A DNA stretch of 64,000 nt from Octopus sinensis. Taxonomy: Eukaryota. The notes under the pieces are model-generated. The model did no database searches and was not told the origin of the DNA. It worked only from the letters and a program-made list of their open reading frames with translations. This document shows positions 38,410-49,980 of the stretch, in pieces. A program made the translations under genes and the position numbers. Position 1 is the first letter of the stretch, and each line of letters begins with the position of its first letter. The DNA lies in assembly GCF_006345805.1 (NCBI RefSeq), contig NC_043005.1:90768001-90832000 (forward strand), read 5' to 3'.

Positions 38410-38850
38410 TGAAATAAGAAAAAAAAACAAAAAAAAAACTTTTGTTGAATTAGTTGTAAGCACAATCTTAATTCCAGTTTATTAAATCTTCATGTTCATT
38501 TCCACTATTATAGTGAAGCCTGTTCTGAAATTGCTTCATTCACTATAGATAATTTTGCTGAATCAAATTTTGGGGACTACTTTTGATTTTTTTATCCTGT
38601 TCTGTGAGTGTATAGTCTCCAGTTTTGAGTTTGGATCTCTGTGCTCTTCTGCTGATAACCATTTTCTTAATTGTTGGAATTGATGTTTACACCAGACCAA
38701 GTAGCATTTTTCTCATTACATAAATTAAAATTACCTAACCATCTGTGAAGAGTGTCTAGCCAGTGTATAAAGAAATTTCAAAATGTTTTTGTATTGAATT
38801 TATAGTTATTACATACAGAGAGTGCAAAATTACTGCGTAGTGGGAGAATG

Positions 38851-39266
38851 GGATCTTTTCGGTTTGAACGGCAGTTTCTAACATAATTTCTAGGTAACTA
38901 AAAAATTTTAAACTTCGTATACTGGTAGAATGTGTTTATAAAACATCTTTTTCTCTTGGCTTTATTAAGAAAATTATAGTTTGTAAGATATTTGTTGTTT
39001 TCTTTTCTTCAATTTCTGCAATTTCAACCAATCACTGACGTCTATTGAGTTAAAAAAACATTCTGTGCTGTATGAATATGTCCCTCGTTTAAGAAACAGA
39101 TTGGGTTTATTTACATTTGTGAAGAAAAAAGGATACCCTTCCCCCACCCTTAACCCTAACCCTAAAACAGATTGAAATGCAATAGATTGATACTAGGGTC
39201 ATAATTATGGGTGGTAATTTCATATGACACCGCTAGAAAAAACTGCCGTTCAAACCGAAAAGATCC
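38851..39266. mobile_element. MITE with 27-bp TIRs and 8-bp TSD, copy 2 (opposite orientation, intronic)
   Basis: Perfect 27-bp TIRs; TSD GGAGAATG at 38843-50 and 39267-74. Confidence 0.92.
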
Positions 39267-40034
39267 GGAGAATGTGATATTAATGTAATCAAGTTCAAAT
39301 TCAAGTGTATTAAAATTTTGCCTCATTCTAGCTTTGTGGATTGAATAATGCTACTGGTGTTCAGACATTTCATTTGTTGGATGCAACAAGTTGGGAGACA
39401 AAGAGAATACACATATTTGAAAGTATCATTTGATGGTGTGTCCAGCATTTAGCTTCATGCTTGGCACATATAATTAAAATGTCCTGAAAGTAACCTTTGT
39501 TGGATAATAGTGTAATCAAAAAGAGGCCACTTCTTAGAGGAGACCTCCACAATGTTTTGTAGATATTGTGTTACACAGCTGTATAGAATTTCATACTGTT
39601 GTTGTGTGCACCAAGTGCTTAAAATTGTTGTCGAAAAAGTATGTGTGCGTATACATTGATTATATATAGAAAGGGAATATTCAAAGTAGAGAGTGTATAA
39701 TCATTGCATACAAAGAGTATATTAGTCATTGCGTAGAGAATGTATAAAGAAAGTGCATTGACTAGAGAGAATGTATAGTTATTCTATTCAGAGAGTTTAT
39801 ATATCCATTGCATAAAGTGAGTATACATACATTTTGTATGGCCAAGTGCTGTCAAACCATCCTACTCCTGCCAGTGTAGAAAGTGGATGTTAAATGATGA
39901 CGATGGCTATCGTGGTGGCAGCGACAACGACACAAGAGAGAGAGAGAGAGTGTAATCATTGTATAGAAAGAGTATATGTAGTCATTGTGTAGAGGGAGTA
40001 TATATGGAGAACATATTGATTCAATGTATATAGA

Positions 40035-40412
40035 ATGGGAGTGGCTGTGTGGTAAGTGGCTTGCTTACCAACCACATGGTTCAGGGTTCAGTCCCACTGC
40101 GTGGCATCTTGGGCACGTGTCTTCTACTATATCCAACCAAAGCCTTGTGAGTGGATTTGGTAGACGGAAACTGAAAGAAGCCTGTCATGTGTGTGTGTAT
40201 ATGTTTGTGTGTCTGTGTTTGTCCCCCCAACATCGCTTGACAACTGATGCTGGTGTGTTTACGTCCCCGTAACTTAGCGGTTCGGCAAAAGAGACCGATA
40301 GAATAAGTACTAGGCTTACAAAGAATAAGTCCTGGGGTCGATTTGCTCGACTAAAAGCGGTGCTCCAGCATGGCTGCAGTCAAGTGACTGAAACAAGTAA
40401 AATAGTAAAAGA
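40035..40412 (+). mobile_element. SINE family B
   Basis: Family B match. Confidence 0.9.
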
Positions 40413-40510
40413 GATAATGCATACTGTCATTGAGTTCTTGACATTTAGTGCTTTAATACAAAACTTAATGAAAAATTTCCTGCTGTAGATTATTTTGCTT
40501 TCTTCTACAG

Positions 40511-40650
40511 GTTTTATTGCACTTTTCAGCTGGAAGGATTGAAACCTCAGTTTACTTGGTCGAGTCGTGTACAAGATGGTATTTGTGATTGCTGTGATGG
40601 TAGTGATGAATGGTCAAATGAAGTTTTACCTGATAACATCCGAATTAAAG
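40511..40650 (+). CDS. PRKCSH-like: PRKCSH-like coding exon 3 (second LDLa-like repeat)
   Basis: tcttctacag|G...AAAG|gtaata; (K)FYCTFQLEGLKPQFTWSSRVQDGICDCCDGSDEWSNEVLPDNIRIK; 140 nt, phase 2 to 1. Confidence 0.95.
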
Positions 40651-41264
40651 GTAATACTGTCCAAATCTTAGCAATTTGCCATTGTATCTCTATCATATTC
40701 TACACCAGCCTGAGCCTCTCCTATATTTCACTCCATGTGGCATATTACAGTGACCACAATTTTGATTGACCCAGCCCATCTCACCCCCTCCAGTGTCCTC
40801 TGAGGGCATGTCCCAACATGTCTTCGCCATCATTTCTCTCACTATCATTCTCTAACTCTCTCTCCTTTGTTTTCCAACTGGGGCATCCGTGTACCTACTC
40901 TACAGCAAGACACCTTAAATCTCTCAACTGGCACAAAGCCACACCTCCTCAATATTACTCCCTCCCTCCCGGTTGAGAGGCTTTTTGCCTTGCCAGGTAC
41001 TTGGTGACCCCTGTCAGTGCTGGTGCTACATAAAAGCACCAGTACACTCTGTAAAGTGGTTGGTGTTAGGAAGAGCATCCGGCTGTAGAAACCATGCTAA
41101 AACAATCAATGGAACCTGGTGCAGCTCCTGGTCTTATTCTTTTCCTAGGAAAGAAGCTTGGGTAAAGTTGGACAGTTACAGAGTCAGATTGTAAAAGACA
41201 AATTATAAAGGATGGTATGCTGAAGCATTCAGGTACTGTGGTGGGAGGATAGAAAGAAAGTAAT

Positions 41265-41668
41265 TCAGTAAGGCAGAAACGTTAGCATGCCGGGCAAAAT
41301 GCTTAGCAGTATTTTGTCTGCTGCTACGTTCTGAGTTCAAATTCCGCTGAGGTTGACTTTGCCTTTCATCCTTTCAGGGTCGATTAAATAAGTACCAGTT
41401 ATGCACTGGGGTCGATATAATCGACTTAATCCATTTGTCAGTCCTTGTTTGTCCCCTTTGTGTTTAGCCCCTTGTGGGTAGTAAAGAAATAGGTATTTCA
41501 TCTGCTGCTACATTCTGAGTTCAAATTCCACCAAGGTCGACTTTGCCTTTTATAATTTCGGGGTCAATAAATTAAGTACTAGTTACGCACTGGGGTTGAT
41601 ATAATCGACTTAATCCATTTGTCTGTCTTTGTTTGTCCCCTCTTTGTGTAGCCACTTGTGGGCAGTAA
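41265..41668 (+). mobile_element. SINE family A dimer (CpG-decayed)
   Basis: Same aaagaaata|ggtattt junction as the 1.4-kb copy. Confidence 0.9.
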
Positions 41669-41671
41669 CAA

Positions 41672-41951
41672 CGTCATCGTCGTTGTTGTTGTTGTTCAGG
41701 TCTCTGCTTGGAATTGAACTCGGAATCTTGGGGTTAAGAGCATGGGCTACTAACCCAAAGATTCCAAGTTCGATTCCAAGCAGTGACCATAATAGTAATA
41801 ATAACAACAACAACATTGAAAAATACCTTAGGAATGAGAACCTAGGTTCGAAATTTCCCCCAAGAAACCTAATGAAGGCTGGAGGGTATATCAGCCGAAA
41901 CGTTGTGTTAACAACGAGGACAAATATCCGTCAATTGTAAATAATGTACAT
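41672..41951 (+). mobile_element. Same composite element, copy 2, with an inverted duplication of its 5' head
   Basis: Same head/(AAT)n/tail junction and 3' end as copy 1; 41682-41736 is the reverse complement of about 41751-41815. Confidence 0.8.
41864..41908 (+). ncRNA. Minimal type I hammerhead ribozyme motif (core mutated)
   Basis: CTAATGA (CUGAUGA with G5A) + A, stem II ggctg/cagcc, GAAAC-GT-T, gtgt; the copy at 376-420 retains the acac arm of stem I. Confidence 0.6.
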
Positions 41952-42693
41952 AATTCCTCATCTCTTAAATATAGAACTGTATTTTTGTTTTATTTTGCCT
42001 GTCTCTATATATATTAGCTATGCATTCTTCATTATTTCCATGTACCGAACTCACTGTGCCCCACTAAGAGTAGAATCCTGTTTTAAAGCGCACCACTTCA
42101 AATTACTGTTCACTTCCTTCAAAGGCAAAAGCTTGAAGCATAAGACTTCCATTCCACATAGCAAGAAAATATATTAAACATTTCCTTAAATTCTTTTTCT
42201 AATACCTGTACAGACTCTTGCTAGTTTCCTTGCATTCTGGAAATATTTTAAAATATTGTAATTATATAGAAGGCTTGTACCTAATTGTTGGAATTGTGTC
42301 CAAATATATTTACTCATACAATGAGTGACATTAGGATCTCTTAAGGGCCTTTTTTTTTTTGGAAACCTATTATGAGGAAAAAACTAACTAGTTTCATTGT
42401 TATTTAACAATTACTCTGGAATTTTCACATCAAAATTTATTCACAATTATGTTATCTTAGCATCTAAGAAGGCCTCTGAGACAAGGAGGGGAGACCAATG
42501 GTGGTCTCAGTATCAGTTGTGGTTTGAATGAGATCACATGATATGACAGTTCCACTGTTTTGCTGAAGAAGAATTAAGTAGAGCGTAGTATAGGGATACA
42601 AGGATGTAGAGTTAGTATTGGAGGCGAGGCAATTATATATAAAGTCATTATATATAAATTCTTATATATTATATATATATATAAATTTTTTAG

Positions 42694-42923
42694 GGCGGCG
42701 AGCTGGCAGAATCGTTAGCACATCGGGTGAAATGCTTAGCGGTATTTCGTCTGCCATTACATTCTGAGTTCAAATTCTGCCGAGGTCGACTTTGCCTTTC
42801 ATTCTTTCGGGGTCGATAAATTAAGTACCAGTTATGCACTGGGGTCGATGTAACCAACTTAATCAGTTTGTCTGTCCTTGTTTGTCCCCTCTGTGTTGAG
42901 CCTCCTGTGGGCAATAAAGAAAT
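42694..42923 (+). mobile_element. SINE family A monomer just upstream of coding exon 4
   Basis: Family A match ending about 35 bp before the 42958 acceptor. Confidence 0.9.
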
Positions 42924-42957
42924 AATTATATACAAATTTTTGTGCTTGTTCTTACAG

Positions 42958-43112
42958 ACCCTGCTTTAGGAGGTGCAGTGATGCATGCTCCCTGTGCTAA
43001 TTGGTGCCTAACAATTCTTCAGAAAGTTCATCGGAAGAAAATGATGCTACTAGAAGGCCGTAAACATAAAGCTCCCTATTTGGCAGCAGCAGCTAATGTG
43101 GAAAACAAACTG
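42958..43112 (+). CDS. PRKCSH-like: PRKCSH-like coding exon 4 (C.N.C motif and short helix)
   Basis: ttcttacag|AC...CTG|gtaagt; (D)PALGGAVMHAPCANWCLTILQKVHRKKMMLLEGRKHKAPYLAAAANVENKL; 155 nt, phase 1 to 0. Confidence 0.9.
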
Positions 43113-43247
43113 GTAAGTACCTAATTAGTTGCATTGAAATCAATAATAACAAAACCACTCAGAGAACACAAACCACTTCTGACTAAGCCACAAAAATATT
43201 AATGTTATTTCTAAATGTTTTATGTTTCATGCAACATTTGCAGTACT

Positions 43248-43535
43248 ACTTTTGCGGCCGATGCCAGCGCCGCCTTGACTGGCTTCCGTGCCGGTGGCAC
43301 GTAAAAAGCACCATCCGATCATGGCCGTTGCCAACCTCGCCTGGCACCTGTGCCAGTGGCATGTAAAAAGCACCCACTACACTCACGGAGTGGTTGGCGT
43401 TAGGAAGGGCATCCAGCTGTAGAAACACTGTCAGATCAGACTGGAGTCTGGTGCAGTCTCCTGGCTTCCCAGATCCCGATCGAACCATCCAACCCATGCT
43501 AGCACGGAAAACGGACGTTAAACGATGATGATGAA
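43248..43535 (+). mobile_element. Family C repeat
   Basis: Same 3' tail; further pieces at about 40985-41130 and 47750-47890. Confidence 0.85.
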
Positions 43536-43953
43536 GCTAATAAATTTGATAATACAAACTTTAGTAGTACTTATCCCCACTTAAATGCAGATACTCTGTT
43601 AGAACAAACTATACCGCAGTAGATACCATGAGAAAAACTCTCATATTGGCCCCTAGTACAAAATGCACTCTTATTTATATTGCTAGCAGGGAGATAAATC
43701 CCCATGACCTCCAGATCGCATGATTTCAACCTTCCTTGCTCTTATCAATGACAGGCACTCAATCACTAGAGGAAGCAGCAACTCATCCTCCTGTCAGCGG
43801 TATATAGTAAGAAAAATGCCAGAACAGGCACTGGTATCATGATTAGCTTGTTAAAAATATTTAGTAGAATTGGTTTTTTGGATTTTTGCTCTCGTTCCTA
43901 ACATTTTCCTCAGTTATTCAATTCAACACCATACCTTTTTCTTCTTTTCTTAG

Positions 43954-44193
43954 AGCTATGGTCCTGAAGGTGTGTTTTACAAACTAAGTCTGAAATGTTT
44001 TCAAATTCAACTTCCTCCTTATGACTACAATATATGTCCTTTCAAGAAATGTACTCAGCAAAAGTTTCCACAACCAGTGATATCAATGGGACAGAAACCT
44101 GTGTGGGAGAAAATGAGACCTGGTTCTTATGTCTTAAAGATGACAGGAGGTAGTGCTCAGTATTGCCCAGAAAACAGAGATCGTCTTTCATGG
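43954..44193 (+). CDS. PRKCSH-like: PRKCSH-like coding exon 5 (MRH domain, main part)
   Basis: cttcttttcttag|AGC...TGG|gtaggt; SYGPEGVFYKLSLKCFQIQLPPYDYNICPFKKCTQ...YCPENRDRLSW; YGP.G.F..L...C...Y.Y..CPF is the PRKCSH/GNPTG MRH signature; 240 nt, phase 0. Confidence 0.95.
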
Positions 44194-44393
44194 GTAGGTA
44201 AATTATTCGATAAACATTTACTTTGTATTATGTATGCCAGCTGGAGGGAGTGACGTGTCACTTGTGTATGTTTGTTTCATGTTTTGCACATACATTCACT
44301 TGCACAACATTTTTGTGACATAGCATGATAAATGGTACAAATTGTAATTAGTACTTTTATTAGTACTATATTATGTTTAATAGTATAAAGTCC

Positions 44394-44795
44394 CCAGGAG
44401 TGGCTGTGTGGTAAGTAGCTTGCTTAACAACCACATGGTTCCGGGTTCAGTCCCACTGCGTGGCATCTTGGGCAAGTGTCTTCTACTATAGCCTCGGGCC
44501 GACCAAAGCTTTGTGAGTGGATTATGGTAGATGGAAACTGAAAGAAGCCCATCGTATATATGTATATATATATATGTATGTGTGTGTATGTCTGTGTTTG
44601 TTCCCCTAGCATTGCTTGACAATCGATGCTGGTGTGTTTATGTCCCCATCACTTAGCAGTTCGGCAAAAGAGACCAATAGAATAAGTACTAGGCTTACAA
44701 AGAATAAGTCCCAGGGTCGATTTGCTCGGCTAAAGGCAGTGCTCCAGCATGGCCGCAGTCAAATGACTGAAACAAGTAAAAGAGTAAAAGAGAGT
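44394..44795 (+). mobile_element. SINE family B
   Basis: Family B match. Confidence 0.9.
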
Positions 44796-45006
44796 AAAGA
44801 GTAAGGAAAATGGGGATAATGTATTTATTACAGAGAATAATTGCATGAGAAATACTTTTAGCGAATGGGTAGGTTGTGTGTTTGTAACTGAGATGTTCAA
44901 TCATACTGTCTTGTTGTTCTATATATGTATCCTAATATACAATCTCATCCTTTCCTTGTTTTCATTTGTCATCTTCCATGGACACCCTACAGATAACACT
45001 GTTTAA

Positions 45007-45226
45007 CCCTTTTGTTACTGTATATATTTTGAAATGCTCTGTGTTTCTTTCACTCACTTTAAATATAACAAAGTATTTAGTAAAATAACTTAGTTATCAT
45101 TCAGCTAATGTTAGGAACATAAATTGTGACTTAAGTTCAGTGGAAGATTTCAATTCAAAACTTATGAAAACAAGACATTTGTACTGAGATCCAGAGCCGG
45201 TTTCAGCCAGGTTGGTAAGGAAAGGG
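45007..45226. mobile_element. piggyBac-type MITE (TTAA TSD)
   Basis: TTAA|cccttttgttac ... gtaaggaaaggg|TTAA; decayed relative at about 35856-36080. Confidence 0.75.
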
Positions 45227-45513
45227 TTAACAAAATTTTGATTTTTCTTTTGTCTTTGGTCAGTAAGTGTTATTTCCTATTTGCTTCCATCTAGAAATCA
45301 AGGAAGTGACTACTATTCCCTTCAAACTTTGCTTTTCTAACCTGGTCATCAATGTTTCGAAACTGACCTATTTTCAATTACAATTCAGGCAGATTATTTG
45401 CCGTTAATATTAGCCATTTTTCATACTTTCTAGGAAAGTAGGGAATAACAGTTGCTACCCAAGGACAAAAATTGTGTTACACAATGTAATAGCTTGTGGT
45501 ATTTTTTACTCAG

Positions 45514-45730
45514 TGGCAAGCTGGCAGAAACGTTAGCATGCCAGGCGAAATGCTTAGCAGTATTTCGTCTGCCGTCACATTGTGAGTTCAAATTCCGCTG
45601 AGGTCGACTTTGCCTTTCATCCTTTCGGGGTTGATAAATTAAGTACCAGTTACGCACTGGGGTCAATGTAATCGACTTAATCCTTTGTTTGTCCACTCTA
45701 TGTTTAGCACCTTGTGGGTAGCAAAGAAAT
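45514..45730 (+). mobile_element. SINE family A monomer (CpG-decayed)
   Basis: Family A match. Confidence 0.9.
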
Positions 45731-46193
45731 AGGCATTTTTTACCCAACACTCATTGTCCATTCTTATCACACAGTCTTTTCTCCTGCACATTCTCTTGTT
45801 CCAAGGATACACCACTGACTGTGGAAATTTTTACTGAGTATATTTCTTACATGAACATAACTGATAAACATAAGGAATAATTTGAATTTGAAAGTACTCT
45901 AGATTTAATTTATAACTATTAGCTAATATCTTTAAAACTGCTCTCCTACCTCACACTCTCTCTTTCATGCTGGTTATCATTATACATACAACAAATCATG
46001 CTTATATCATTTCTCTCCAACCTCTTTAAGTCTATGTCCACTACCCATGTCTCCTTACTATATAGCTTCACACTCTTTGTACGCTCTACCTTCTACATAG
46101 AAATACCTTGGTGCCAACTTCCTTAAACTTCTATTCCTTCCTTTCTACTGTTTGACTAAATCACTAAGACAACATAACCTATTAACTACATTT

Positions 46194-46501
46194 GTGGAGG
46201 CACATGGCCTAGTGGTTAGAGCAGCAGACTCGCAGTCGAGGGATTGCAGGTTCGAATCTCAGACCGGGCGATGTGTGTGTTTATGAGCGAAACACCTAAG
46301 CTCCACGTGGATCCAGCAGAAGGTAATGGTGAACTTCTGCTGAATCTTTCGCCACAACTTTCTCTCACTCTTTCCTCCTGCGTCATGCAGCTCACCTGCG
46401 ACAGACCGGCGAACCGTCCATGTGGGGAACTTATACGCCAAGGAAACCGGGAAACTGGCCCTTATGAGCCAGGCATGGCTCGAGAAGGAACAAACAAAAA
46501 C
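46194..46501 (+). mobile_element. tRNA-derived SINE family D with 13-bp TSD
   Basis: A box tggcctagtgg, B box ggttcgaatc; TSD ATTAACTACATTT at 46181-93 and 46502-14. Confidence 0.9.
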
Positions 46502-47311
46502 ATTAACTACATTTAGTAAACCATCTGAGCACTTTGTTTTGCAATTGTTTTCATTGTATATCAGACATTTAAAGTTGTGATTTCTAGAAAGTGTGCTAGA
46601 AACTTCACTGCATCTTTTGCTAGCTGTTGCATGGTATACACAGTATCAAGTCCTTAATTACTTGCTACTTCTCAAACAAAGTTTTACTCCAGATGGTGCT
46701 AGGGCATGTTGCTCTCTGCACTAATTTGTACTTTGGTGTTTGTGATGTTAACCTTTCAGCTGTTCCATGTACATAATTTTCTTGCAGCACTTTCAAAGAT
46801 TCTACCACAAGAATAAGGTCTTTTGCATGTTAAACTCCTCAAGAAGAACCTGTTCTGATCTCTTGTATATATCGCCCAAAGAACTATAATGAAGCAGAGA
46901 ACAGTGTCCTGAGGAATGTTTGCTTGTGTACTAAATTCATTTAATTCACTGCCAGCCTTAACCATATTTCATCATTGTACATGACTTAACACAACTCTAA
47001 CAAGATATCCCACTCCATCTTGTTTCCTTTGAGTTTACTAGAATATAGAATGTAGGAAAAACTTCTCTAATCGTTTCTAGAAAACAAATCAAAGTCGAAT
47101 GGTCTGCTTTTAGATTGGAATATCTTGTGCAGTTATCTCATTAGAAATATGAAATGAATTAAATATAGTACTCACTATATTAAATATTTCATTAAGTCAT
47201 TAACTTATGTTGTCTTTTCTTTATTGTTCAATTATTTGTAATTACCTTTTTAATGTTTATTGCATTAAACATAGTAACACTAAATTATTGGCATCTCTGA
47301 AAAATTGATTG

Positions 47312-47612
47312 AATGGCCCTGTGGTTAGGGCAGCGGACTCGCGGTTGTAGGATCGCAGTTTCGATTCCCAGACCGAGCGTTTTGAGTGTTTATTGGTCAA
47401 AAACACCTAAAGGTCCACGAGGCTCCGGCAGGGGGTGGTGGCGGTCCCTGCTGTACTCTTTCGCCACAACTTTCTCTCACTCTTTCTTCTGTTGGCCTGC
47501 TCACTTAGCCAGTGGGGTGGTGTCATTTGAAGGCTAAAACAATGCAAAGCGCATTGTGATCAGCGATGTGTAGCAACATCTGATAGCCTGGTCAGTCACA
47601 GTGATCACGGTG
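47312..47612 (+). mobile_element. tRNA-derived SINE related to family D, flanked by a 135-bp duplication
   Basis: Shares aaacacctaa...tctttcgccacaactttctctcactcttt with 46194-46501 but has a different 3' part. Confidence 0.85.
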
Positions 47613-48234
47613 ATATTAAATATTTCATAAAATGATTAAATTAAGTCATTAACTTATGTTGTCTTTTCTTTATTTGTAATTACCTTTTTAATGTTTATTG
47701 CATTAAATGTAGTAACACTAAATTATTGGCATCTCTGAAAAATTGATTGTATTTGGTGTTAGGAAGGGCATCCAGCCATAGAAATTATGCCAAATCAGAC
47801 TGGAGTCTGGTGCGTGCAGCCTTCCATCTTGCCAGCCCTGGTCAAACTGTCCAACTCAATGGACAATGGATGTTAAATGATGATGATGATTTGTTGCTTT
47901 TGCATAAGCCCTTACTTACACCACTTTAATTAATTATTGATAAAACTTAAATAATTTTTTTTTTTTATTGGCAATTCTATTTAGAAAGAAAATAATTGAA
48001 GACAAACCTGGTTAAAATAAATAAAAATTTCTTTTGCAGATTTAGTAAATGGGTGTCAATCAGAATTCCCCTGTAGACTAACTTCTTCTTCTTCCAGGAA
48101 TATGCTCTTTTACACATTTATAATTCAGTTTGACACATCTATACAAATGTGTAAGAGTTACAAATATATTTGAAATTTAACTCACTCAAAAAAAATAATT
48201 TATCTAATTATCTGATTTTTCTTGAATTCTGCAG

Positions 48235-48330
48235 ATAACTTTTGAATGTGGAGTTGTTGATAAAGTGAAATCAATACACGAAGATGCTTGTGAATATTAT
48301 ATCAAATTCAGTACACCTGCTGCATGCTGA
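48235..48330 (+). CDS. PRKCSH-like: PRKCSH-like last coding exon (end of MRH domain, stop)
   Basis: cttgaattctgcag|ATA...TGA; ITFECGVVDKVKSIHEDACEYYIKFSTPAAC*, matching C....E...CEY....TPAAC. Total CDS 1044 nt = 347 aa + stop. Confidence 0.95.
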   Translation: MTFECGVVDKVKSIHEDACEYYIKFSTPAAC

Positions 48331-49950
48331 TTTCATTCATCTTCTGGCAAAAGTATTTGGGACCAGAACTTCAGTTTTTTTTACCTTGTTATTCATGTCT
48401 ACATTCCATCAAGAATTTGATTAGACTTCATTTCCTTATCATTACATTTGGCCTAAGGACAATTTGTTCAGTCAATAGTCTTTTGTTTTTTCCTGTGATT
48501 CTTATGTGCCTGTACTATATAAAAATATAAGCTCTACAGGTATAGTAGCTGTGAAGTAAAGAACTTTTGACTATAATACTGTCCAATCTTATTACAGGTA
48601 TGGATGTAGAAAAGGGAAATTGTTCTAATCTAATGATCTGTAAATATTTATTACTCTTTCTTTACTGAAGAGGAGCTTCCAATGGGAAAAGCATCTAACT
48701 AGAAATTCTTTTTTAAAAATATTTATGCAAGTATGCAACATTTCAAACTTTCATTCATTCATGGATATTATTGAAAAACAGATGTGAATTTCTTAAAACC
48801 ATATTGCTGAATATATTATGAAATAACAAAACCACTTTTTTGGTTGACATCTACAGTTTGTTATTTCAAATGGGTGTACCAAATTTGGGGATTTTGATGC
48901 TGTGGTGAGACCAATTTTTCATCCTCCTGAAATGTATGACAACTTTTACACATTACACAAAGTACACCTACTATACATAATATTCTATACAAGATAAGTA
49001 CAATAAGCTTGTACTCATCTGATCATATTTTTTTCTGAAAGCGAGTTCACTTGAAAGATATTTTCTAAAATGTATATCAAATGACAGTATATTATGATTA
49101 TAAATGGCAAACGATTTGTTAAAAAAAAACAATAAAATTATATTGTGTAATATAACAGTGCATTTTATAACATTGAGAATTTATAATAAATTGTTATAAA
49201 CTATTACATGGTAATTTATTTTTGACAAAAAATTAATAATAATTTTACAGTCATACTTCAAGAACAAAAATTGCATAAACCAATGGATGGAATTCGAAAT
49301 ACATACAATACACAGCCCTGTTTTACATATACACATGAACAACATCGTGCAGAGATATATAAAGACACCCATTCATACATTATCATAGCTCATGTGTACA
49401 GACATTTATACATATACATGCACCCATATATACACATATATCTTATTTTTCCTTTCTGTCATGGAGTTGTTGGGGTTATATCATATCTGGCATGTCTTGG
49501 GCATTTAAAACCTGACAGAGCTGCTGATTTCTTCAACAGAGAGGAGAGAGAGAGAGAAAAGAATTATGTTGAGCACTGGACTGGTACTTTATTTGCTGAA
49601 ACTGAAAAGATAAAAGGCAAAGTTGACCTCAATAACATTTAGATTTAGAGTACAGAGAACCAGAATAAATATCAACACAAGTTTGACACTCTGCCAATTG
49701 GTATTGCATGCACATGCACGTGCACACACACACAACCAAGCATCCATATACACACACTCTAGCTTGAAAATATCATCCTGTCCAATCAGCTTTAAATATT
49801 TGTTTGATGATTTGCTTATTAATTATCACTGCACCATTAATAAGCATTTATAAACTGAAATATAATTATAAAAAACTCATGACTGGTGATTGGATACATG
49901 AAACTTTGAGTAACAGCTTATGAAGTCTTTTCAGCTTCAATAAAACTGTA
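48331..49950 (+). other. Probable 3' UTR of the PRKCSH-like gene with candidate poly(A) signals
   Basis: AT-rich, CpG-poor sequence after the stop; AATAAA at 49185, 49664 and 49939. True cleavage site unknown. Confidence 0.5.
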
Positions 49951-49980
49951 TTTTATATACATATATATATATATATATAT

